A DNA stretch of 64,000 nucleotides, taken from NCBI GenBank assembly GCA_016206725.1, contig JACQRA010000088.1, positions 1,622 through 65,621 on the forward strand. Reading direction: 5' to 3'. The stretch is from Candidatus Omnitrophota bacterium. GTDB lineage: Bacteria; Omnitrophota; Gorgyraeia; Aquiviventales; Aquiviventaceae. The translations under genes and the position numbers were made by a program. Below, piece by piece: positions 1 through 9,591 of the stretch; position 1 is the stretch's first letter, and each line of letters opens with the position of its first letter. The notes under the pieces were generated by a model. It searched no databases. It worked only from the letters and a program-made list of their open reading frames with translations, and was not told where the DNA came from.

Positions 1-938
1 ATCGTCCGCCGCAATCCTTCTTCAAGCGAAACCGCGGGTTTCCAGCCGAGGAGCTGCTGAGCCAGCGTCGTGTCCGCCAAAAGCCGTTCCACCTCACTGC
101 CTTGCGGCCGCAGACGCTGCGCCTCCTGCTCAACGGCGCCAGCCTTCCCGAGCCGCGTCAGAATCATCCGGGCCAGCTCCCCGATGCTCGTCTCCCGGCC
201 TGACCCCAGGTTGATCGCGCGCCCGACCGCTTCAGGGACGGTCGCCGCCAAGACAAAGCCTTCCACGGTATCACTGACGTAATTCAAGTCTCTCTTCGGG
301 CTGAGATTGCCCAACCGCACCGTCCCGTTGCCCAGGCCCTGCGTGATGATGGTCGGAATGATCGCCCGAGCCGACTGACGAGGCCCAAAGGTATTGAACG
401 GCCGGATCGTTACCACCGGCAGTTCATAGGAACGCCAAAACGATTCAGCCAGCTTGTCCGCCCCGATCTTGCTGGCGGCGTAGGGCGACTGGGCCTGGAG
501 CGGATGCGCTTCATCCATCGGCACATACTGCGCGGTTCCATAGACTTCGCTGGTAGAGGTGTGCACGACCCGCCCCACGCCGCCGGCACGGGCCGCCTGC
601 AAGACATTCAAGGTTCCCACGACGTTGGTCTGGACGAACGAGCTTGGCGCCTGATAGGAATAGGGAATCGCGATGAGCGCCGCCAGGTGAAACACGACCT
701 CGGTTCCCTGCACCGCCTGCAGGACGAGATCCCGATCGGCCAAGTCTCCCGCCACCACCTCCAACTCCTCCTTCAGCGGTGATGTATCCAGCCAACCCCA
801 CGAGCCGTCTCCGCGATAGTGGACGAAGGCGCGCACGGTGGCGCCAAGTTCCACCAACCGTTCCGTGAGGTGGCTGCCGATGAATCCCCCGGCTCCCGTC
901 ACCAAGACCCGTTTCCCTTGCCACATGCTGGTGCTCAT
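1..938 (-). CDS. NAD-dependent nucleotide-sugar 4,6-dehydratase/epimerase (SDR fold); C-terminus runs off window edge
   Basis: Minus-strand frame is open from 938 to position 1, so it is absent from the ORF table. The N-terminus MSTSMWQGKRVLVTGAGGFIGSH is a Rossmann motif, and TSE...YAASK matches the catalytic triad region. The start overlaps the stop of 935..2056 as ATGA. Confidence 0.75.
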   Translation of the reverse strand, partial: MSTSMWQGKRVLVTGAGGFIGSHLTERLVELGATVRAFVHYRGDGSWGWLDTSPLKEELEVVAGDLADRDLVLQAVQGTEVVFHLAALIAIPYSYQAPSSFVQTNVVGTLNVLQAARAGGVGRVVHTSTSEVYGTAQYVPMDEAHPLQAQSPYAASKIGADKLAESFWRSYELPVVTIRPFNTFGPRQSARAIIPTIITQGLGNGTVRLGNLSPKRDLNYVSDTVEGFVLAATVPEAVGRAINLGSGRETSIGELARMILTRLGKAGAVEQEAQRLRPQGSEVERLLADTTLAQQLLGWKPAVSLEEGLRRT

Positions 939-2056
939 GACACAGTTTTCTGAAACGGCGCGGCGCGATGCTTCGCCTTACGCCGAGATTGCTCCCACCG
1001 TTTCACCTGTTCTTGAGCTTCGGCGTAGTCATCGAGCTGACCGATGTCCAGCCAATGCTCCCGAATCGGAAAACTCACCACGGTCCGTCCGGACTTGATG
1101 AGTTGCTGGATGAGCTCCGTCATATCCATCCGTTCTCCCTTGGGGATGAACTGGTAGACGTCAGGCTCCAGCAGATAGGTCCCCGCATTCACGAACGAAC
1201 TCACGAGCGGCTTCTCACTTAACCCCGTGACACGAAATCCCTCGCACCGCACCAATCCATATGGAACCTTCAGTTCATAATGGCGGACGCAGACGGTGAA
1301 GTCCGCCTCGTGCTCCCGGTGGTAGGCCAACATCGCCCGGAAATCCACCTGCGTGAGGATATCGCCGTTCATGACGAGGGTCGTCGTGTCGGGAGGCTCC
1401 TGCAGTCCCAGCGCGCCTGCGGTCCCGAGGGGACGGTCCTCCGTCACATAGGACAGCTCAACGCCAAACTGCTTGCCATCGCGAAAATGCGCTTCGATCT
1501 TCTCCGGCTTATGGTGGGTACTCAGCTTCACGTGCCGCACGCCGGCGTCCCGCAACTGCTCAATGATGAGTTCCAGCAGCGGCCGATCGCCCACGGGAAG
1601 CATGGGCTTCGGGATCTCTTCGGTCAAGGGACTGAGCCGGCTGCCCATCCCGCCCGCCATCACGACCGCCCGCAACGACAGCGGCTGGTTCGGCAGAAAC
1701 TCCTCCATCGTCACCACCCCGACGACTCGATCGGCCTCATCCAGCAACGGCAGATGGAGAATCCCGTGGCGCTTGAGGAGCGCCAGATACGCCCCGCTCT
1801 CCTGCCCCATCCGGGCGGTGATCGGCGTCGCGTAGGGCGTACCGGCTTTCCTCGCCAGGAGCGAACGGATCGGCTGCTCGAGCGCGAGCTTCGTCAAGAG
1901 CGCGCGCCGGATGTCGCCATCCGTGATGGTGCCGATCAGCCGGCGCTGCCCATCCACAACCAGGACGATGCCCAAGCGATTGGCGTCCATCTGGACCACC
2001 GCCGGGTACAGCGCCTGGTCTTGAGACACGCACAGTGTCGCCAGGTCGGTATACAT
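935..2056 (-). CDS. CBS-pair domain plus sugar-1-phosphate nucleotidyltransferase (PtmE-like NDP-hexosamine pyrophosphorylase)
   Basis: 373-aa ORF. The N-terminal half has tandem CBS-like repeats, and the C-terminal half has the nucleotidyltransferase motif AVVMAGGMGSRLSPLT. Confidence 0.75.
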   Translation of the reverse strand: MYTDLATLCVSQDQALYPAVVQMDANRLGIVLVVDGQRRLIGTITDGDIRRALLTKLALEQPIRSLLARKAGTPYATPITARMGQESGAYLALLKRHGILHLPLLDEADRVVGVVTMEEFLPNQPLSLRAVVMAGGMGSRLSPLTEEIPKPMLPVGDRPLLELIIEQLRDAGVRHVKLSTHHKPEKIEAHFRDGKQFGVELSYVTEDRPLGTAGALGLQEPPDTTTLVMNGDILTQVDFRAMLAYHREHEADFTVCVRHYELKVPYGLVRCEGFRVTGLSEKPLVSSFVNAGTYLLEPDVYQFIPKGERMDMTELIQQLIKSGRTVVSFPIREHWLDIGQLDDYAEAQEQVKRWEQSRRKAKHRAAPFQKTVS

Positions 2057-2057
2057 C

Positions 2058-3317
2058 TCACGCGACCTCGTGGCGTAAGGACCACCGGCCGCCCTCGCGC
2101 GTCCAGAGATGCGGCGAGCGGAACTCGTCGCACAGCTCCATGAACCGCTCGACGGTCAGCCCCAAGGCTTCCAGCACCTCTCGAACATATCGCCCTGGCT
2201 GCTCGCCGTCGAAGCGGCGCACCAGGGCGATGCCTTCCTCGCGCGTGAGATGCTTGTTGCGAATCTCCTGCGAGGCGTCATACGACGCCCGGCCAAGGCC
2301 GAACTTGATGTGCGTCGTGTAGTAGTGCAGATCGTCGATCTTGTCATCAATGCTGTTGTACTTGCTGTAGGTTCCCTCGGTGCGGAACGGGCGGGCTTGG
2401 AAGCCGGTGTGTTCGACCGCGTAGTAATACGCCTCTTGAGGCGTCCACTTGATGTAGTAGCCCATGTAGTGCACTTCGATGTTGGAGCGGGCCAACTCCT
2501 CGGCGTCCGCCGGCAGGTAGGCCATGAAATCGTTCAGCGAGAGCTGGTGGCGCTCCATCAGCTCGGGCAGCGGCAGGCCGGCCAGGTAGAGCTCATCGAG
2601 GTGGCGCATGGTGTAGTAGGAGGTGTCGCGCAACGAGCTGGCGGTCTCCGCGATGGGACTGCCGTACTCCGCCTCCGGTTCGCCGAAGAACACCAACGGG
2701 ATCTGGTAGCGCAGCGCCACCTTGGGCGCCAGGTTTTTCTGACCCAGGATGAACGTCTGGAACGGATGCAGGAGATGCTCGATCGCCAGGCGGGTCAGCA
2801 GACGATGGACGCGGCCGTTCGGCTTGAAGGTCACATTGTCGAAGCCGCCCACCTCGATCCAATTCTGAAAATTTTTCCAGCCGTAGTCCGTGTACAGAAT
2901 CGGCGGCCAGGTCACGGTGAGAGGGTGCATGCCGTATGTGTACTTGAGCAGATGCGCCGCGTAGGCGCTGTCCTTCCCTCCGCTGCCCGGCACGAGGCAA
3001 TCATACGCGCCGTCGCTTCGGCGGTACCGGTCGAGCAGCGCGAGGAGTTCCTGCTCGCGCCGCGTCCAGTCAATCGTTTCCTTGCGCTGCGCGTATCGGC
3101 AGGCGTCGCACACGCCCTCCTCGTCAAGATGGAGATACTTCGCGCCCTGGCGGTCCGGCCGGTGCCGAAACTCCGGAATGGAGGAGGGACGCTGGTTGGA
3201 CATCACGCACCCGCGGCAAAAGATCACCTCGCGCGGCAGGCCGTATTTGACCTCCGGCGCGTCAGAGCGTTCTAACGCGGGCTTACGGGTCGCTGACTTC
3301 AGCATGTTGCACCTCAT
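2058..3317 (-). CDS. N-acetyl sugar amidotransferase (WbpG-like, PP-loop ATP pyrophosphatase)
   Basis: Contains the SGGKDS PP-loop and an N-terminal CxxC...NQRP...GVCDAC signature. The ORF runs to 3404, but the likely start is the internal Met near 3317/3305, just after the HisH-like stop at 3283. Confidence 0.75.
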   Translation of the reverse strand: MRCNMLKSATRKPALERSDAPEVKYGLPREVIFCRGCVMSNQRPSSIPEFRHRPDRQGAKYLHLDEEGVCDACRYAQRKETIDWTRREQELLALLDRYRRSDGAYDCLVPGSGGKDSAYAAHLLKYTYGMHPLTVTWPPILYTDYGWKNFQNWIEVGGFDNVTFKPNGRVHRLLTRLAIEHLLHPFQTFILGQKNLAPKVALRYQIPLVFFGEPEAEYGSPIAETASSLRDTSYYTMRHLDELYLAGLPLPELMERHQLSLNDFMAYLPADAEELARSNIEVHYMGYYIKWTPQEAYYYAVEHTGFQARPFRTEGTYSKYNSIDDKIDDLHYYTTHIKFGLGRASYDASQEIRNKHLTREEGIALVRRFDGEQPGRYVREVLEALGLTVERFMELCDEFRSPHLWTREGGRWSLRHEVA

Positions 3318-4008
3318 GGGATGGCGCGGTGATCCGCGCGGCGAGACGACGATACATGCGAAGACCGAGAGGCCCGCTGCGTTCCGGATGGTACTGGCTG
3401 GCAAACACGTGATCCTGTTGGAGTGTCGAGCAGAATGTCGTCGACCCGTAGCGCGTGACCGACAAGACGACCCGCGGATCCACCGGACGGAGATAGAAGG
3501 AATGGACGAAATACATGGCGGAGCCGTCCGTCAACCCCTCCAGCAACGAGCCGTCCCACGACCGCGCCTGCCGCTCGATTCGGTTCCATCCGATGTGGGG
3601 AACTTTGAGGACACGGCCCTGCTCGGTGGAGACGGCCAGCCGCACGACATCGCCCTCAATGATTCCCAAGCCCTTGTGCCGACCGAACTCTTCGCTTTCG
3701 CTCATCAACAACTGCATCCCCAAGCAGATTCCCATGAGGGGCGCGCCGGAGACGGCCGCGTCCCGCAACGGGCTGATCAGATCCAGCCGTCGCAGCGCCT
3801 CCATCGCATCACCGAAGGCGCCCACGCCAGGCAGGATCACGGCGTTCGCCGAGACGATCTGCTCCGAGGAGGAGGTAATGGCCGCGGACAGCCCGACCGC
3901 CTCGCAGGCGTGCTTGACGCTGAACAGGTTGCCCATCCCATAGTCCACGATGGCGACGCGTCCCACCACCTGGCGCGGCCCTACTCCTTCAGGCATAGTC
4001 GACCTCAC
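3283..4008 (-). CDS. HisH-like glutamine amidotransferase subunit (WbuY type)
   Basis: Class I GATase motifs VAIVDYGMGNLFSV and GICLGMQLL. Sits beside a HisF-like gene and a WbpG-like amidotransferase. Confidence 0.8.
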   Translation of the reverse strand: MRSTMPEGVGPRQVVGRVAIVDYGMGNLFSVKHACEAVGLSAAITSSSEQIVSANAVILPGVGAFGDAMEALRRLDLISPLRDAAVSGAPLMGICLGMQLLMSESEEFGRHKGLGIIEGDVVRLAVSTEQGRVLKVPHIGWNRIERQARSWDGSLLEGLTDGSAMYFVHSFYLRPVDPRVVLSVTRYGSTTFCSTLQQDHVFASQYHPERSGPLGLRMYRRLAARITAPSHEVQHAEVSDP

Positions 4009-4849
4009 GGCAGGGGATGCCCCCCGAGCGCATGGCGTCGCGGATCTCCGGCAGGGTCGCCACGTGGATGCTCAAGAACCCTCCGCGACGCTTCGTCAGG
4101 TATTCGACATTCCCTTCAGCGGAGAAATCCCCCACGACCTCATGGTGCCGCACCGTGTGATAGTGCAGCACGGACGCGAGGCACACCGCATTGGCGTGGC
4201 CCTCAGCCACCACGTCGCAGACGTGCTGTACGCTGCCCGCACCGCCGCAGGCAATGACCGGAATCGAGACCGCATCGGCGATCTGCCGCGTGAGTTCCAC
4301 GTCGAAGCCGCGGCCCGTTCCTTCCCGGTCAATGGACGTCACGAGCAGCTCCCCCGCCCCCAACGCGGCCGCCTCCACCGCCCAAGCCACTGCGTCGCGG
4401 CCGGTTTCCTGCCGGCCGTTATCGGTATAGGCTTCGTATCGGCCGTCGGATTTCTTGATCGCCTCAACGGAGACCACGATGGTGGAGGAGCCAAACCGAT
4501 GGGCGGCCTGACGGATCAGTTCCGGCTCGCGAATCGCCGCCGTGTTGAGCGAGACCTTGTCGGCGCCGGCGCAGAGAACCTTGCGAATGTCGTCCAAGGT
4601 TCTGAGGCCGCCGCCGACGGTCAGCGGAATGAAAATCTCTTTTGAGGTGCGCGCCACAATATCCAAGAGGTTGTGGCGTCCGTAGAGACTAGCGACCACG
4701 TCCATGTAGAGCAGCTCATCGGCTCCTTGCTCATAGTAGCAGCGCGCAAACGCCTCGGGCTTGCCCAACACGCGAAGCCCTTCCAGGTGAACGCCTTTCA
4801 CCAGATTGGGTCCCTTGATGTCCAGCCGGGGAATAATCCGCACGCTCAT
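3989..4849 (-). CDS. HisF-like cyclase subunit (WbuZ type)
   Basis: N-terminus RIIPRLDIKG and TIM-barrel HisF-like sequence. The start forms an ATGA overlap with the NeuC-like stop. Confidence 0.8.
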   Translation of the reverse strand: MSVRIIPRLDIKGPNLVKGVHLEGLRVLGKPEAFARCYYEQGADELLYMDVVASLYGRHNLLDIVARTSKEIFIPLTVGGGLRTLDDIRKVLCAGADKVSLNTAAIREPELIRQAAHRFGSSTIVVSVEAIKKSDGRYEAYTDNGRQETGRDAVAWAVEAAALGAGELLVTSIDREGTGRGFDVELTRQIADAVSIPVIACGGAGSVQHVCDVVAEGHANAVCLASVLHYHTVRHHEVVGDFSAEGNVEYLTKRRGGFLSIHVATLPEIRDAMRSGGIPCREVDYA

Positions 4850-6021
4850 GGGGTGACCAATGCTTCAGAAGGCCAATCCACAAATGACTTGGCGATGAAC
4901 CGATGATCCAGCACAACGCCCCGCAGATGGTCCACCATCACGTCCGCCGCGCGTCCCTCACCATACGGGTTGACCATGTTCTTGAGGCACTCGCGGGTCT
5001 CCGGCGCGAGGGCGCGGCGAATACCCTGGAGGATGGCTTCTCGTCCATAGCCGACGTCAATCACGTTCTCCGCCCTCAATCGTCCCGCCTGCCGGGTGCC
5101 GATATTGACGACTGGCAGCTTGAACGACGGCGCTTCGATGAGTCCGCTGGACGAATTTCCGATCATCGCCGCGGCGTGCGCCATGAGGCTGAAATAGGCT
5201 TGTGTGCCCAGGGCGTCGACCACGACCGACGAAGGGCGGCTTGCGACAAACGCCTCGATGGCCCGGCGAATCACCCGGCCGTTGGTGTCCGCATTGGCCG
5301 CCGTGAAGACCACCGGCCGATCCACGACTTCCAGGACGGCGAGCAATTCGCCGATCTGCCAAACCGCCTGTTCGTATTCGAGCGTCACCGGATGATACGT
5401 GACTAACAGCGGGGCCGTCTTCAGCGGCTTGCCGAGGGAGAAAGCGATCTCTTCCAGCGTGAGCAGCTTGACGGTGCGAAGATTGTCTAACCCCGGCGCC
5501 CCCGACACGACGACCCGCCACGGTTCTTCCCCCATCTGGAGCACGCGGCGGCGAGCCTCTTCGGTGGCGACGAAGTGGAGATGGCTCATCTTGGTCATCG
5601 CGTGGCGCCAAGCGTTGTCAATCGCTCCATTCGTCAGCTCCCCGCCATGGAGATGGGCCAGCGGGATGGCAAACGGCACCGCCGCCACCGCCGCCGCGTG
5701 CATCTCGAACCGGTCCCCCAACAGGACGAGCACATCCGGACGGCATCGCCCATAGGCCTGCGAGAACCCCAGCGTGCCACGCCCCATGGCGGCGGCGATG
5801 CCGGCAGGGCTGTCGTCGCCCAAGCCCATGGGAATCCGCTCGGCAATGGGAAATCCATCAACCTCAATGGCGCGCACCGTCAGACCGAACGACGGCTCCA
5901 GATGCGTGCCCGTGACGAACAGGCGCAGCGCCAACCCCTCAGCCTGTTGAATCGCCCGCAACACCGGCCGATAGATGCCGTAGTCTGAACGACCGACGGT
6001 CACCACGCCAATCGTTCTCAT
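4846..6021 (-). CDS. neuC: UDP-N-acetylglucosamine 2-epimerase, hydrolysing type (NeuC/LegG-like)
   Basis: 391 aa with GDRFEMHAAAVAA, HLHGGE and a NeuC-family layout. Confidence 0.8.
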   Translation of the reverse strand: MRTIGVVTVGRSDYGIYRPVLRAIQQAEGLALRLFVTGTHLEPSFGLTVRAIEVDGFPIAERIPMGLGDDSPAGIAAAMGRGTLGFSQAYGRCRPDVLVLLGDRFEMHAAAVAAVPFAIPLAHLHGGELTNGAIDNAWRHAMTKMSHLHFVATEEARRRVLQMGEEPWRVVVSGAPGLDNLRTVKLLTLEEIAFSLGKPLKTAPLLVTYHPVTLEYEQAVWQIGELLAVLEVVDRPVVFTAANADTNGRVIRRAIEAFVASRPSSVVVDALGTQAYFSLMAHAAAMIGNSSSGLIEAPSFKLPVVNIGTRQAGRLRAENVIDVGYGREAILQGIRRALAPETRECLKNMVNPYGEGRAADVMVDHLRGVVLDHRFIAKSFVDWPSEALVTP

Positions 6022-7073
6022 CAGCGGAGCATCTCCAACGCGATCAAGGCATCCGCCGGAATATCCTGGGCCGCGATGCGCCCGATCACCTGAGGCAACA
6101 GGGAGGGCGGCAATCCGATGCCCGGCCGCTTGGTCGTAATCAACGCCTCGGTCAATCGCGTGCCGGCACGCACATCGCAGGCGGCCACCAGGCTCTTGCG
6201 GGCCACCGCCGCCGTTTCCAACTCGCGGGCGGCCGGCTCTTTGCGCCCATGGCCGAGCGCACGCTCCACGAGTCGGATGCCCCGCACCAACGCCGCCAAT
6301 TCATCCGGCTCAAGGGACATCTGATGATCCGGACCCGGCAGGTTGCGATTCAGCGTGACATGTTTCTCAATCACGCAGGCCCCCAGCGCCACCGCGGCCA
6401 AGGCGACCTCGATGCCCGGCGTGTGATCCGAGTAGCCCACCGGCACGCCGAAGGCGCGAGTCAAGCTGGCCATCGCTCGCAGATTGGCATCGGCCGGATC
6501 CGCCGGATAGTTGCTGACGCAATGCAGCAGAATGAGCGGCGGGTTGCCGGCCTCGCGAATGACACGGACCGCTTCAGCCACTTCCGCTTCCGTGCTCATG
6601 CCGGTGGAGACAATCATCGGCCGTCCTTTCTGCGCGATGTGGCGCAGGTACGGCAGATTGGTCACTTCACCCGAGGGCACTTTGAAGACCGCCACGTCGA
6701 GCGTCTCGAGAAAATCGGCGCTCTCTTCATCGAAGGGTGTGCACATGTACCAAATCCCCTGCTGCCTGCAGTAGGCGGAAATGGTCCGATTCGCTTCCTG
6801 GGAAAATTCCAGGCGCCGCAACATCTCGAGTTGGGACTCGCCGCCTCCGGTCGTCTCCGCTTGGTAGTGCGCCTTCGGCGCGCAGGCGGCGGCCAGGCGC
6901 TCGGCCTTAAAGGCTTGGAACTTGACCGCATCAGCTCCGGCCGATTTGGCCGCATCCACCAGCCGGCGCGCCATGTCCAGATCCCGATTGTGGTTGACCC
7001 CGACTTCCGCCACGATGAAACACGGCTCCCCGGGGCCAACCCAACGTCCGGCAATCTCCACAGGCTTCACCAT
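6021..7073 (-). CDS. neuB: nonulosonic acid synthase (NeuB family, with C-terminal SAF domain)
   Basis: From the internal Met: MVKPVEIAGRWVGPGEPCFIVAEVGVNHN, followed by a SAF-like C-terminus. The table ORF extends upstream in-frame, but the homology start is at about 7073. Confidence 0.85.
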   Translation of the reverse strand: MVKPVEIAGRWVGPGEPCFIVAEVGVNHNRDLDMARRLVDAAKSAGADAVKFQAFKAERLAAACAPKAHYQAETTGGGESQLEMLRRLEFSQEANRTISAYCRQQGIWYMCTPFDEESADFLETLDVAVFKVPSGEVTNLPYLRHIAQKGRPMIVSTGMSTEAEVAEAVRVIREAGNPPLILLHCVSNYPADPADANLRAMASLTRAFGVPVGYSDHTPGIEVALAAVALGACVIEKHVTLNRNLPGPDHQMSLEPDELAALVRGIRLVERALGHGRKEPAARELETAAVARKSLVAACDVRAGTRLTEALITTKRPGIGLPPSLLPQVIGRIAAQDIPADALIALEMLR

Positions 7074-7858
7074 ATCGTCCACCCGCCATCCACGACCAGG
7101 TTGTGCCCTGTCACATACGCGGAGAGATCGCTCGCCAGATACGCAACGGCCCCCTTGAGATCTTCCTCCGTCGCCATCCGACCCAGCGGCGTGCGCGTGT
7201 GATATCGGCGGCGGAATGCGGCCGGTTGATGGCGCCACACACCTCCCGGCGAGACGGCATTCACGCGAATGCGCGGGGCCAAGGTTGTGGCCAGGTAGCG
7301 GATCAGTTGCAGGATCCCGCCTTTGGACGCGGCATAGCCGGCCGGCTGGGCCATGGCCGTTCCGTCATAGAGCCGCCAATCCGGCCCCACCAGCCCATAG
7401 ATAGAGGAAAGAAGGATGACAGAACCGTGCCCGGAGGCAGCCAGGGCGTTTCGAGCCTCTTGAACCATGACGAAGGCTGAGGTCACATTGACCCGCATCG
7501 CCGCGTCCCACGCTTCCACGGTCTGCTGCGAGAACGGCACCGCCCAGCCCGGCTTCTTGGTCGCTCCCACATAGGCGGCGCAATGGATGAGAATCTCGAG
7601 TCCGCCCATCCGCTTGATGGCGGCTCGGATCGCCTGGCGGGTCGCGCGCTCATCGCGCAAGTCGCACCGCATCGCATCGGCACGGCCGTGAGCGCGTACA
7701 TCCAATATCATGACACGACTGCCCGTTTCTTCAAGTGCCTTGGTGATGACGGTGCCGATATGGCCAGCCCCGCCGGTCAACAGGACCCTCCGGCCGGTCA
7801 GATCCATGAGCTGTGCCACCGACCGCTCCATCAGACTCGCACCGCCTCGCTGAGCCAC
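7067..7858 (-). CDS. short-chain dehydrogenase/reductase (SDR) oxidoreductase
   Basis: TGGAGHIG Rossmann motif, YAASK catalytic motif and SPGGV. Coupled to neighbours by overlaps. Confidence 0.7.
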   Translation of the reverse strand: MAQRGGASLMERSVAQLMDLTGRRVLLTGGAGHIGTVITKALEETGSRVMILDVRAHGRADAMRCDLRDERATRQAIRAAIKRMGGLEILIHCAAYVGATKKPGWAVPFSQQTVEAWDAAMRVNVTSAFVMVQEARNALAASGHGSVILLSSIYGLVGPDWRLYDGTAMAQPAGYAASKGGILQLIRYLATTLAPRIRVNAVSPGGVWRHQPAAFRRRYHTRTPLGRMATEEDLKGAVAYLASDLSAYVTGHNLVVDGGWTIW

Positions 7859-8583
7859 GGCAAGGTAATCAGCCCGCTCCTCACCATGGCTTCGGCCCGC
7901 GCAAATTGCTTCGCATCATCAATCGACATCGCCCGTATCTCGGGAATCTCATGCAGCAGGTAACGCCCACCGCGCTGCCATGATCCCTGATGCACCCGCA
8001 CAAAGGCTGCGCGCCAGAGATAGATGGAGCCGTTGATCCGATACACCGTCGGGACGTCCTGGCGGCGCGTAAACTGCCCCCCCGACTCGATGAGCTGAGC
8101 CATACAGCCGTCGCGCTCCACGACACAATGCCAGATCGGATTGAACTCCGGCTCGGACACCCCGATGATGCCGTCGGCCTCGGGCGACTCGCGCAGCTTC
8201 CGCAGCGCGACGGTCACGTCCAACGGCTCGCGGGCCGGCGAGGTGGGATCGAGCAGCAAGATCTCCTTGTAGAATCTCCTTTCCTCCTTTTCGACAAACG
8301 CCAGCGCGTGCTGGACGACCATCCAGAGTGGCGTGTCATCTTGCGCCAACTCGGAGGGTCGGGAACAGGGCGTTTCGGCGCCAAACCGCTTCGCGACCTC
8401 CGCAATCTCTTGGACATCAGTCGAGACCACACACCGGTCAATCTCCGGACACATCTTGGCAAACAAGATGGAATGCGCGATGAGCGGCAGACCGAGAAAC
8501 GGCCGGATGTTTTTGCCCGGCAGCCCCTTGGATCCGCCGCGCGCCGGGATGACGGCCAGCAGCCCCTGCTCCGCGTCGCTCAT
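7831..8583 (-). CDS. neuA: acylneuraminate cytidylyltransferase (CMP-nonulosonate synthetase, NeuA family)
   Basis: LAVIPARGGSKGLPGKN motif. The likely start Met21 is at 8583 and forms ATGA with the upstream stop. Confidence 0.8.
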   Translation of the reverse strand: MSDAEQGLLAVIPARGGSKGLPGKNIRPFLGLPLIAHSILFAKMCPEIDRCVVSTDVQEIAEVAKRFGAETPCSRPSELAQDDTPLWMVVQHALAFVEKEERRFYKEILLLDPTSPAREPLDVTVALRKLRESPEADGIIGVSEPEFNPIWHCVVERDGCMAQLIESGGQFTRRQDVPTVYRINGSIYLWRAAFVRVHQGSWQRGGRYLLHEIPEIRAMSIDDAKQFARAEAMVRSGLITLPWLSEAVRV

Positions 8584-9569
8584 GAGGCATACTCCACTCG
8601 TTCCTCCCGCCGACTGTGGGAAGCAATGCGGGCGGCGTCGCACACCGCCAACGCCATCACCCCCTCCTGTCCGGTCGCCAAACGCGGATCGTGCGCGCCG
8701 CCGCAGGCGGCAAGAAAGGCTTGCGCTTGAGCGGTGAACATCGCATCGCGCGTTTGCGAGGACCGCCGGGTGATCGCCTCCGTCCCGTTGGCGGCGAGCG
8801 TGACCGTTCCCGCGACCCCATCCCAGCTCAGCGTGCCGTGTTCACCGCACGCCCGCATGGCGCGCCGCGGCGGCGTCGTCAAATAGTCCACGCACAGGCA
8901 GATGAGACATCCTTCGGCAGTTTCCCACGACACCTCCGCGATTTCCTCCGCGCTAATCCCCAACCGCCCCAGGTTTCGCACGCGCGCCTGCACCGCGCGC
9001 GGCCAGCCATACAGCCATCCGGCGTAATCCACCTCATGAATCAGATCCCGCAACACGCCGCCCTCATCCATATGAGCCGAATAGCGCTCACGGCATGGAC
9101 GGCCACCCGGATGCCAATCCGGCAGATACGACTGGCACTCGATCCGCACCGCATGGAGCCGTCCCAGCGACGGCAACCGTTCGCGGAACCAGCCCAACGA
9201 CTCGCTGAACCGCATCACGCAGCCCGTGAAGAGCCTCCGCTCGGCAGCCTGCGCGCGCGCGGCGAGCTCGCGCGCCTGCGCCGCATCACACGCCAGCGGC
9301 TTCTCAACGAGCAGATTCAGTCCCTGATCGAGCGCGTCGAGCCCATCCCGCAGGTGACGGCCGGTGTCGGTCGCAATGATCGCCGCCGTCGCGCCCAACT
9401 CGGCCGCCTCCCGCACATCGGCGGCCGTTGAAAATCCTTGCGCGGCCAGCTCGCCCCTGCGTTCGGCCCGAATCGGCACCGCAATGGGGCACAGCCCACC
9501 GCTCTGCGTCAAGACCCGTAGGTGCCTCGTCCCAATGCTGCCGGTTCCCACCACCGCAATGGCACTCAT
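8580..9569 (-). CDS. Gfo/Idh/MocA family NAD(P)-dependent oxidoreductase
   Basis: IAVVGTGSIG Rossmann motif and EKP motif. The ORF extends to 9608; the internal Met gives a conventional N-terminus. Confidence 0.7.
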   Translation of the reverse strand: MSAIAVVGTGSIGTRHLRVLTQSGGLCPIAVPIRAERRGELAAQGFSTAADVREAAELGATAAIIATDTGRHLRDGLDALDQGLNLLVEKPLACDAAQARELAARAQAAERRLFTGCVMRFSESLGWFRERLPSLGRLHAVRIECQSYLPDWHPGGRPCRERYSAHMDEGGVLRDLIHEVDYAGWLYGWPRAVQARVRNLGRLGISAEEIAEVSWETAEGCLICLCVDYLTTPPRRAMRACGEHGTLSWDGVAGTVTLAANGTEAITRRSSQTRDAMFTAQAQAFLAACGGAHDPRLATGQEGVMALAVCDAARIASHSRREERVEYAS

Positions 9570-9591
9570 CACCGAAGCAAGGGCGTTGTCG